From Pirellulales bacterium (GTDB lineage Bacteria > Planctomycetota > Planctomycetia > Pirellulales > JALHPA01), in the NCBI GenBank assembly GCA_963829655.1, contig CAWHJG010000002.1, positions 5,330,786 through 5,394,785 on the forward strand: a stretch of 64,000 bases of DNA, in the 5' to 3' direction. Each line of letters starts with the position of its first letter. Position 1 is the first letter of the stretch. Below are positions 51,501 to 63,500 of the stretch, one piece after another. The notes under the pieces are model-generated. The model was not told where the DNA came from. It worked only from the letters and a program-made list of their open reading frames with translations, and did no database searches. The translations under genes and the position numbers were made by a program.

Positions 51501-54500
51501 CGACTAGACGGCGACGGCAGTAACGATCAACTGTTTGGCGATGCCGGCACAGACACTATTCGCGGGGGAACCGGCGACGATCAGCTTTTTGGCGGCGACA
51601 ACAACGATCGGCTGTATGGCGATTCGGGAGTTGACACGCTGCGTGGCGAGCTAGGTGATGACGAACTGTACGGCGGGCTTGGCGTCGATACTCTTCACGG
51701 CGACGCGGGGGCGGACTATCTGAGCGGCGGGTCGTCGAACGACTTCCTGTTTGGCGGAACGCAGAATGACACCCTGTATGGTGATTCGGGGAACGACCAG
51801 CTTTCTGGCGACGATCACGACGACACGCTGCATGGCGGCACCGGCGTTGACACGATGCACGGCAACGCCGGCCAGGACAAGCTGTACGGCGGCGATCAGG
51901 ACGACGTGTTGTTTGGCGAGGCCGGCAATGACCAAATCTATGGCGATGCGGGTAACGACAATGCGCAGGGCAACACCGGCCTCGACACGATGTACGGTGG
52001 CCTGGGGAACGATACGCTTGCCGGCAACGAAGACAGCGATACGATCCATGGCGACGACGGCAACGATTTGATTTCGGGCAATGTTGGCGGCGACTTTTTG
52101 TGGGGTGACGGCGGCGCCGACACGATCGACGGCAACGAAGACGGCGATGAGATCCACGGCGGCGCCGGGATCGACTTGATCCACGGCAACACGGGCGCCG
52201 ACACGATCTTCGGCGACGGCGACGCCGATGTAATCTTCGGTGACGAGCAACAGGACACGATTCAGGGCGGCGATGGCCCCGATCGGCTATACGGCAACGA
52301 CGACATCGACACGATTCACGGCAATGCCGGCGACGACTACGCCGAAGGAAATGCCGGCGGAGATCTGATGTTCGGTGAAAGCGGTCGCGACGTGATGTAT
52401 GGCTTGGCCGGGTTGGACATCATGCACGGCGACGAGGGAGAAGATCACGTTTACGGTGGAGTGGACGATGATCAGCTCTTTGGCGACGAAGGCAGCGATG
52501 TTCTGGAAGGGAACGACGGCAACGACATGTTGTCGGGCGGCGAAGAGGGGGATTTTCTTTTCGGCAACGCCGGGGCGGACACGCTTGCGGGCGATGCAGG
52601 AGACGATCAGCTCGACGGCGGGATTGGAATCGATACGCTTCAAGGTGGCGACGACAACGATCTGTTGTTTGGTGGCGGTGGCGTCGGCGACGTGCTGCAC
52701 GGTAACGCCGGAGATGATCGCATTTTTGGTTCGGACGATGGCGCGGACGACCCGAATTTGTTGGATGCGATTCGGTTTGGCGATGTAATCGACGGTGGAA
52801 CCGGTAAGGATGAAATCTATGGCCTTGGCGGCGCGGACGATATACAAGGTGGAGACGACAACGATCTAATCGACGGCGGCGCGCGGGGTGATCTGGCGCG
52901 CGGCGGATTGGGACGCGACACGATCTACGGCGCTGTCGGCAACGATAATCTGCAAGGTGGCGACGACAACGATCGAATCTTCGGTCAGCAAGGGGCCGAT
53001 CTGATTTCCGGAGAAGCGGGCGACGACATTCTCGATGGCGGCACCGGCACGGACAATATCTCGGGCGGCACGGGGAACGATGAGCTGCTCGGCGGCGGAG
53101 GCGCGGGAGATGTGCTCGACGGCGGCGACCAAGACGACATTTTGCGCGGCAGCAACGACGGCGCGGATGTGATGACTGGCGGCGCGGGCGCGACCGATTG
53201 CTTGGAAATGCCGGGAACGACTCGCTGGGCGGCGGCACGGGCGATGACATTCTGGAAGGCGGCCTCGGCGATGACACGCTCAGCGGCGACGCGGGCAGCG
53301 ACGTGCTCTTAGGCAACAATCAGCACGACACGCTTTACGGGCATTCTGTCAGCGGGTTGGGCGACGACAATGCAGTCGATTATGTGTATGGCGACTTTGG
53401 CACGAACGCAGACGAAGCTGGTTCGGGGCGCGACCGTTTGTTTGGCCAAGGGGGCAATGACCTGCTGTTTGGCGAGTCCGACGACGATTTTATCGACGCC
53501 GGCGCTGGCACGAGCAACATCGTTGATTTTGGCACTGGAGAATCGGGGACGCCGAACGACTTTGTGCCGCCGACACCGACGGCAAACCCGCCGCTCACCG
53601 CTGTCGATATTGATCGAGCAGCCGCTTCGCTGCCGACGGGGGCTGATGGACGTGGCCGCTGGGTCGAATATGCGCTTTCGGCATCCGGCCGCGGAACCAG
53701 CGGCGACGCGGGTCTAGCGCTCGAGCCGAGCACCGTTGCCAGTGTAGCCGGCGGTCAATACGTTGCCTGGTCGGACTCGCGGAACGGCAACTTCGAGATT
53801 TATCTCGCGCGGCATATGGCGGGCGCATGGCAGCAGTTGTCCAACAGCGCAGAGCGCGGCGGCATCAGCGCAACGCTTGGTTCTCGCGCAGACCATCGAT
53901 CGCATTGGATGCCAGCGGCGTGCCGCACGTGGCCTGGACCGAGGCGACAGCCGCCGGCACCGACATTTATGTTGCACGTTACGATGCGGCTGCGAATGGC
54001 GGGTTGGGAGCGTGGGTGGCGGTTGGTTCGTCGCTGTCGGCCGGCGGAATCAGCGCAACCGGCGGCGCTGACAATGCATCGTTGTTGTTCACCTCGGCCG
54101 GACCGGTGGTTTCGTGGCTCGATTCGTCGTCGGGCGTGACGCAGGTGTATGTGCGCCGATTCACGGCGGGGACGTGGCAGGCTGTGGGCGCAAGCGGTGC
54201 AAGCGGCGGTGGCGTGTCGAACTCGTTGACCGGCGTGAGTGAATTATCGATGGCGGCGGACGGCGCGAAGCTGGCCGTAACCTGGACGCAAACGGTTGGC
54301 AGCGGCCGCGAGATCTATTTGCGCGAATACGCGGGCGTTGCGTGGAATGAGCTTTCCGCAAGCGCAATGGGTGGCGGGTTGAGCAACACCGTCGGTGACA
54401 GCACGTCGCCCACGGTTGCCTATCATTCCGGGTCGCCGTATGTCGCTCTGGCGCGACAACACGGACGGTCGCTACGCGATTTTTGCGCGGCGTCACACGG

Positions 54501-57500
54501 GCGCGGCATGGGTGACCGCCGGTGCGAGCGTCAACGTGAGCGGCTTCCATTCCGGCGCGATGAATGAGGCCAGTCGGCCGAAGCTGCAATCGTTGGGCGG
54601 CCAGTTGTTTCTGATTCACGTATTCAACATTCCGGACGACACACCGACGAAAGATTCGCAATCCCCGCCGGCGATCGAGGCACTGCACGCAATGCGGTGG
54701 AGTGGCTCGGCGTTTGTGGAACACTTGCCGGGCGATGCCCGCGGACAAGGAATCAGCCCAACGGGCGGCGTGATCCAGAACCTGGCGGTGTCGGTGGATA
54801 CGGCAGGGCGTCCGTTTGTCGCGTGGCAAGATGCGCGGCACGGAACGCCTGAGGTTTATGTTCGCGGCAACACCTTCAACGTCGGCACGATTTATTTTGT
54901 GAACGATGCATCGTTAGTTGGTGATATTGCGACGACCGCGGCTGGCGCGTCGGGCAACACCGGACTTACGCCGTCAAGCCCGAAGGCATCGGTTCAGCAA
55001 GTGCTGGACACGTTCAACGTAAATCCGGGGGACGTGATCTTTGTCGATACCGGGATGTATAGCGCGGCGATCACGATCGGCGGCGACGACGAGGGAGCGA
55101 CTATTATCGGCGCGATTGGGCAGACGGCAACCTTTCAGCAACTGGTAACGGTCGGCGTGCCGAACGTGACGCTGGAGCGGATCAATCTATTCGGTGGCGC
55201 GACGGTGACGGCCAACAACTTCACGGCGACCGACAATCGCTTTTATGGAGCCTTGCTGCTAAGTGGAGGTGACGGCGCACAGCTCTCGCACAATTTGATC
55301 GAGTCCACTCTCACGCTAGCCGGCGGCGTGAGCGGTGCGATCATCCAGCACAATGAACTTGGCGGAAACGGTGACGCGATCGTGGTATCGGGGGCGGTGG
55401 GGATCACGCTGCTTGGCAACCGGATCCTGCATGATGACGACAAGGGGATTCGAATTGCGGCGCCGTCGAGCGGAATCATCCGCGGAAACCGGATTGAAGG
55501 CGGCGACGTGGGCCTGGACATCGCCGCAGCGTTTAGCGGGATGATTGAGGGCAATGAGATCAGCGGAGTCAGCATCGGCGTGAACTATTCCGCGCCCGCC
55601 GCATTGAGCGGCAACCGTATTCACGGTGCTTTTGTTGGTGTTGAGAGCACGGTCGCGGGAACCACGAATGGTTTTGGTTTCGTTGGAACGACCGAGCCGA
55701 ACGAGATTTATGACAACACCACCGGGGTGCAGCTCACCGGGCAAATGCGCCACCAGTACATCCATCACAACACGACAGGCGTGGCCGGATCGGGACTGCT
55801 CGACAGCGGCGATCTGGAACACGCCAACCGGATCGAGCACAACACAACGGGCGTCAATTTCAGCGGACCCGTCCTGTTCAACCGGATTGCAAATAACGAA
55901 GTCGGAATCGTGGCCGTCAATGGACAGCTCATCGCACACAACCTGATTTATCGCAACGCGCAGACCGCGCTGCGCGTGCAGGGTCGCAACGACGTACGAA
56001 TCTTCAACAACACGTTTTATGCACCGGCGGGGGACAATATCCGCATCGACGGATCGTCGCGCGAGGTGGAGATTCGAAACAATATCCTGTGGGCCGAGGC
56101 CGGCTATAACATTCACGTTGCCGACAACAGCACGGCCGGTTTCTGGAGCGACTACAACGTGCTGCATGCCAGCGGCACGGGCAAGCTGGTGTATTGGACG
56201 CGCGATTTCACCGACATCCTGGATTGGCAGGAAGATGTCTTCCGGTTCGACCTCAATTCGATCGGTTATACGGTGGTCAACCCGCTGTGGTCCGAGCCGC
56301 GGTTCTTCAATCGCGGCAACGATGATTATCGCGTATTCGACCAGGTTGCGCGGCTGCGGTTTACCAGTCCTACCATGGATGCCGGCGACCCGCGGGCCGA
56401 TCAGGCGTTGCCTGCGTACTACAACAACCTGCTCACGAACCCTGGATTTGAGAGTGGGATCACCGGCTGGACGGCAACGCCGAGCGGCGGAACGCGCTCG
56501 ACCAATCCGACGCCGTGGAGCGGCGGAGCGTATTTCTTTGCACAATCGAACGCGGTCACGTCAGTCGAGCAGACGGTGGACTTGATCGCGAAGGGGTACA
56601 CCGCGGCGCAAATCGACAACTCAAACTTGTCGTCCGTCTTTGGTGGGCGAGTGCGAAGTGCGGCCGAGGCACTGCCGGACCGGGGCGAGCTGACGCTGAT
56701 CTACGTGGATGGAGTGGGTACGGAGATCAACCAGATTACGGCCAAGGCAGTGAACGTAGCAGACCGCTGGGAGTTGGTGGGAACGCGGCAGCCGGTACCC
56801 GTGGGGACGCGCACGGTCAGGCTGCGCTTTACGGCCATCACACCGACCGGTGGCGAGAACAACAGCTATCTCGACAGCGCGTTTTTGTACGTCCATCCCA
56901 ATAGTGAAGCGCCGAACCTGGGCGGCTACGGCAATACAACTCACGAACAAGCTCAGAACCTCAATCAGCATCTCGTAATGCGCTCGCCCGACCTATACAA
57001 GGACTGGGAGCGCGACAAGCCGCTGACCATCCGCTGGGATTCGTTCGGGAATACAGCCAACGGTCCAGTCAAGATTGACTTGTATCAAGACGGCGCACGG
57101 GCCGCAATTCGTCACGAACATTGTTCCGGTTACGGCGGACACGGGTGAGTTTCCCTGGATCGCCGGCAACAGCGGCGTGAACTTCGCCACATATGGCTTG
57201 CGGATTCAGGTTTCGCTGATCGGCAATCAAACGATCCATGACCGCAGCACTGAAACGTTTACGGTGCCGGAGAATACTAACACGTTCTTCGTCAACGATA
57301 GCAGTCAAGCAAATGATCAATACACATCAACAATCGGTGGCAATCGCAATACCGGTAAGCTCGCCGACCGGCCGAAGCCGTACCCGAACAATGTCCTTCG
57401 CATCTACTCGCTCGGGCCATCGCAGACGCTGTTTGTCGATACGGGCGACTACCGTTTGCTCAGCCCGTTGGTGTTGTCGAACGTTGTCGGAGTTGGCGAC

Positions 57501-60500
57501 GACGAGGGTTTCACACTGACAGGACCCTCGATCGCGGGCCGTACCGCGCTGTTGCATCACGCGAACCAGTTTACGGTAGCGCCGCTGGTGACACTGATCG
57601 ACGCCGACTTCGTGACGCTCGCGCACTTGACGCTGGATCGCGGGCAATACGGACTGTGGGCGCGCGACAGCAGCACGAATCTGGCGTTGACGAATATCAC
57701 GGTCACCAACAGTACGCTTGACGGATTCCGCGTCGAAGGCGGCTCCACCGGGCTGTTGTTTGATCGGCTGACCAGTGACAACAGCGGCCGCTACGGAATG
57801 GTGCTGTTCAGCCCGCTTCAGGCATTGCGGAACAGCGTGGCATCGAACAGCGGATTGACCGGCATTTATTTTGATCAGCCGGGGAACGTGTCAGTCGAAC
57901 GGACCGAAGTATTTGGCAACGATGAGTATGGGATTTACATCATCAACGCGGCCGGAACAACCTCGGTGATTGGCGACGCCGATTTATCGCAAGGCGACGG
58001 CAACAAGGTCCACGACAACGCGCGCGACGGAATCTATGCCAGCGGCTCCGTCGTCGTCGCGGGAAATCACGTCTATAACCACCTCGGGACGAGCGACATT
58101 GGCATCGGCGCCTACAACGGAGCGCAAGCGATCCGCAACGCCGTTCACGACAACTATCTGGGCATCGACGCTCAAAGCGGCGGTCAGATAGTCGAGAACC
58201 GCGTGTATCACAACACAACCACCGGAGTTCAAGGTGGAGGCTCTTCCGCACAGTTGTTGGGTAACGTCATCTACAGCAATGCGGTTGGCGTGCTGTTGAT
58301 CTACAACTTCGGGGGATCGCTGGTCAATAACCTGATCTATTCCAACCTGACGCACGGCATCCTTGCACAGGCTTACTTCGCTATCGGCACCAATATCGTC
58401 AACAACACCATCTATCAGCCGACTGGAACCGGCATACGCATCGACAGCGGATCGCGCAATGTGCGTCTGCGGAACAACATTATCTGGGTGCTGAGCGGGT
58501 TTGGAATTTCGGTCGCGAACGATGCGCAAAGTGGTTTCGCGAGCGACTACAACCTGTTGTATGTCACCGGAACCGGTCAGATCGCGGAATGGCAAGGCAT
58601 CGGGCGGCCGACATTGATCGCCTGGCAAAACGCCGGATTCACGGACGGAAACAGCCTGTCGCAAGACCCTTTGTTCGTCGATCTCGACGGCGCGGACAAT
58701 CAACTTGGGTGGGTTTCGCCCGCGAACGATGGCCGCGACGACGATTTTCACCTGAAGAGCCTTTATGGGAGTTTCCACGGTGGCGCGCTGGCGCCGGCGG
58801 TAAACGCTGTCTCCGGCTTGCCACAGTTTCTGACCGCAACGTTGCTGGTCGATGCGTCGCAATCGCCGGCAATCGATCGCGGCGATCCGCTTGATTCACC
58901 GATTAACGAACCGGCGAACAATGGTGGCTATGTCAATCTTGGCGCTTATGGAAACAGCGCCCAGGCGTCGAAGAGCCCCGCGGAATACGTTCTCGTTACG
59001 CGCGCCGACGGCGGCGAAGTCTGGCCGGCAACGCAGACCTTCCCGATCCGTTGGCGGACGAATCGCGATCCATCACAATATGCGCTCCGCTTCGACGGGG
59101 TGGACGATTATGTGGGCATGGGCGATCCGGCGAACAACTCGCTTGATATCGGCCCCAATGGAACGCTTGAAGCGTGGGTGCGGTTTGACCAGCTACCCTC
59201 CGGCAACCTTTACACGATCGCCAGCAAGGATGCGGGTGGCGGCGGAACCAATAAGTGGATTTTTGGTTATGGCAACAGCTACAGCAACGTGACCAATTCC
59301 ACGTTCCTGCACATCAATCGAGCGGCGGGCGGGTCGGTATTCTTGACCTCGAATCCGTGGACGCCGGTCATTGGCCGCTGGTATCACCTGGCGGTCGCGA
59401 AGAGCGGAGACAATTACAGCTTCTATCGCGATGGAGTGCTGGAAGGCACGCCGACGACCACCGTGCAAGTACCCGATGTGGCCGCGCCGTTCGAAGTGGG
59501 GCGCGGAGGGCGATTTCCATTTCCGCGGTTCGATCGACAACCTGCGGCTGTGGAACGTTGTGCGCACGCAGGTTGAGATTCAAAACAACATCGATGAAAC
59601 ATTGCCACCAGCCACGTCCGGATTGGCCGGATATTGGCGGTTCAACGATGCTTCGGGCACGACGGCGACGGACGGCACCGCCAACGCAAACCACGGCACG
59701 CTGGGCGGCGGCGTAGTCGCGCGGCAACCCGCTTGGACCGCCTCCGATGTGCCGTTTGGCAAGGTGGACGTGGAGCTGCTCGATGGAGCAACACCGGTGG
59801 CATTATTGGCCGACGACACGCTGAATGACGGCGAATTCGTGTGGACGATTCCGGAAGCCACGCCGCCGGGGACAAACTATCGTATTCGTGTAACGCGCGT
59901 GGGGACGGCCGTGACCGATACGAGCAACGCGGCCTTCACGGTAACGCTGCCGATCACCGTGTACTACGTGAACGACGGGACGGTCGAGGCGGGCGATTGG
60001 ACGACCGCGCCTGGCAACGACGCGAACGACGGACTGTCGGCGGCGACACCCAAGTCGTCGATCCGCGCGGTTTTGGAGACTTATGACCTGGATGCCGGCG
60101 ATGTGGTTCGTGTGGATGCCGGCACGTATGCGATTGGAACGAACATCATCCTCGCCGCGAACGACGCGGGCGTGAAGATCGAAGGTTACCACGAGGCAGC
60201 GTTCCCAACGCGGCGGGCTTTGATCAATCGCGGCAACGTAACCGCCGGCAGCTTCGCTTTCGAATTACAGAACGCGGACGATGTGATTCTGGATTACCTG
60301 CACGTCACTGGGGGACAACAGGGGATATACGCTTCGGCGAGTTCTGACAGCGACCGTGTGACGATTACCAACAGCGTGTTGTTTGGCAATTCGAGTGCTG
60401 GCGTGTATTTGGAGGGTACGAACGACTTTGCGACAGTCAGCGGCAACCGGTTCTTTGGTGTATTGGACAACGCGTCGGGGAACGACAATCAGCCGTATGG

Positions 60501-63500
60501 CGTGATCCTGACGGGCAACGACGGGACGGTGACGCTCAACACGCTCATCGGCGGCGGCTCGAATGAAGGGATCACCGTCGGCGGCCTGCGGCACACGGTC
60601 ACTGGCAACGACGTCAGCGGGCACAACTCGGGCATCTATGCTTACAGCGCGGGACCGGGTGCGGATCGGACCACGGTCAGCGGCAACCGGGCGCACGACA
60701 ATGCTTCGTGGGGTATTTACGCCAGCGGCAACATCCTGGTCATCGGCAATGATGTTTTCGGCCAGGAGGCTCAGAACGCCCACGGAATGTATATCGCTGC
60801 GAGCGAAGCGCGCGGCAACCTGGTGCACGACAACTGGCACGGGCTCCAGATCAGCGGCAGCCTGGTCGAGGACAACACGATCTACAACCAGCTACAGACG
60901 GGCGTGAACGCGTACGACTCCGCAGTGCTTCGCGGCAACCGGATTTACGACAGCGCGACCGGCGTGTACGTGGCCTACAACTATTCCGGCGAGGTGGTCA
61001 ATAACCTGATCTACGATCAAAGGACCACCGGTGTTTTGGTGGAGGCCTACTTCGGCCTCGGCACACGGATCACAGGCAACACGATCTACCAGCCGGGCGG
61101 GGCCGACGCGGTACGATTGCAGGCCAACACGCTCAATGTGACGTTGGTCAACAACATCCTGTGGGTGGGCGGCGGTTATGCGTTGTCGGTCGATCCCAAC
61201 AGCCAGCGGGGGTTGGTCAGCGACTACAACCTGTTCTACACGACCGGCACGGGCAAGCTGGCCTTGTGGGAGAACCGCGACTTCACCAGCCGGGTGGATT
61301 GGTTCTACGAAGTCGGCTTCGATGAGCACAGCCGGGTGGCCGATCCGCTGTTTGTCAATCCGGCGGGGGCTGACGGGATTTTGGGTTATCGCGCGGGCGG
61401 CTTGTCGGCCAGCTACTACAACAATATCAACTGGACCGATCCGCCGGTGCTGACGCGGATCGAGCCGCTGATCAACATGAATCTGGGGGGCGCAAGCCCG
61501 CAACCCGGCACGGTCAATGCGGACAACTTCTCGGTCCGCTGGCAGGGGCAAGTGTTCATCCCGGCCGACGGCCAGTACACGTTCTACACGCAGAGCGACG
61601 ACGGCGAGCAGTTCTTTGTCGACGGCAACTTGCTGATCAACCAGTTGGTTTGGGACGGCGGGTTGGAAAACTCGACCACGCTGGTGTTGACAGCCGGCTG
61701 GCATACGATCCGCTACGACCTGCGCGAGAACACCGGCATGCGCGGGCGGAGCTGCGTTGGAGCGGTCCGGGGATCCCCAAGCAGATCATCCCCGAGCCGT
61801 ACCTGGCGCCTTTGGGCGGTCCGCCACCGCTCAACGCGGGCGCGGACGACGACTTCCATCTCTTGTCCGGCTCTCCGGCGATCGACGCCGGCAGACTGCA
61901 GTATTACTACCTGGAAGAGCAGTTCCCCAACGGCGACCGCGCGGACATTGCTGCCTATGGCAACACGGCGCAAGCTTTCCTCAGCCCCCAACAGATTGTG
62001 CAAGTGCTCTCACCGAACGGGCTGGAGAAGTTCGAGCAAGGGCAGCAGGTGCAGATCGATTGGCGGAGGGCGGGATTGACACAACAGCGGCCGGTGGCGT
62101 TGATCAACGCCGGCGGTCCGGCGTTGGACAACTATCTGGGGGATCGCTATAGCACGGCGCCGTCCACGTTTACCTCGATTGGCAACGCGATCGACCTGAC
62201 GGGCGTGACCGATCCTGCGCCGGCGGCTCTGTATCAAACATTGCGCTATACGTCGAGCGGCGCGGTGGGTTTCCGCATGGGCTACGAGTTGCCGGTTCCC
62301 GACGGCAGTTATACGGTGCGGCTGCACTTTGCCGAGCCGACCTACAACACCGTCAACCAGCGGAAGATGGACATCTACTTGCAGGGCGCGTTGGTGCAGA
62401 ACGATTACGACGTGCGGGCGGCTGCCGGCGCGATCTACAAGGCCACCACGCTCACGTTCCCGGTGACCGCCAGCGCCAATGGCGGGATCTTGTTGGAGTT
62501 GGAGAACGTGCTCAACCAGGCGTTCATCAACGGGATCGAGATTTTGGCGGCCAACCCGCTGGGTCAGGCCAACCCGACGGTGAACCTGGAGCTGTCGAGT
62601 AATGATGGCGCCAGTTGGAGCCCGTTGGCCAATAACCTGACGATGGATCGGTTTGGCCGCGGCAGCTATCTGTGGAACGTTCCAGCCGGGCAGGCCGAAA
62701 GCAGCCAGTACCGGATTCCGCGGTGGCCAACGTAGGAGGCACAGTCCAAGACACCAGCGACGAAGCGTTCCTCGTCGCCAACAGCGGACAGCACTACTAC
62801 GTCAACGACGCCTCCACCGCCGGAGACTCCTTCACCTCGGCAATCGGGAATAACCTCAATAGCGGGAAGTCACCAAGCCAGCCGATGGAGAGCTTGTTTG
62901 CGCTGTTCTCTGCCTACGATCTCAGCGCGGGCGACGTCATTCACGTGGATGCTGGAACGTACATCCAGATCAAGAATATTCTAATTACGAACCAAGACAG
63001 TGGAGTTCGAATCGAGGGTCCGGCGACAGGGGTTGCGCCTATCAGTCGCGGCAATACCAACGCTAGCCAGTACACCTTCGAGCTGGTGAACGCGGATGAC
63101 ACTACTTTTGATCGGTTGCACGTCACTGGGGGACAACAGGGGATATACGCTTCGGCGAGTTCTGACAGCGACCGTGTGACGATTACCAACAGCGTGTTGT
63201 TTGGCAATTCGAGTGCTGGCGTGTATTTGGAGGGTACGAACGACTTTGCGACAGTCAGCGGCAACCGGTTCTTTGGTGTATTGGACAACGCGTCGGGGAA
63301 CGACAATCAGCCGTATGGCGTGATCCTGACGGGCAACGACGGGACGGTGACGCTCAACACGCTCATCGGCGGCGGCTCGAATGAAGGGATCACCGTCGGC
63401 GGCCTGCGGCACACGGTCACTGGCAACGACGTCAGCGGGCACAACTCGGGCATCTATGCTTACAGCGCGGGACCGGGTGCGGATCGGACCACGGTCAGCG

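Noticed and set aside
50910-53530. Highly periodic DNA that could be mistaken for a CRISPR array or satellite.
   Set aside because: The periodicity is the 27-nt RTX nonapeptide codon repeat within an open reading frame. The units are degenerate at the DNA level and there is no repeat-spacer structure.
59600-59750. A second LamG domain beginning at LAGYWRFNDASGTTATDGTANANHGTLGGG.
   Set aside because: Only the N-terminal strand-like signature is present, and a spacer beta-sandwich follows directly. I treat it as a tail of the preceding LamG region rather than a separate domain.
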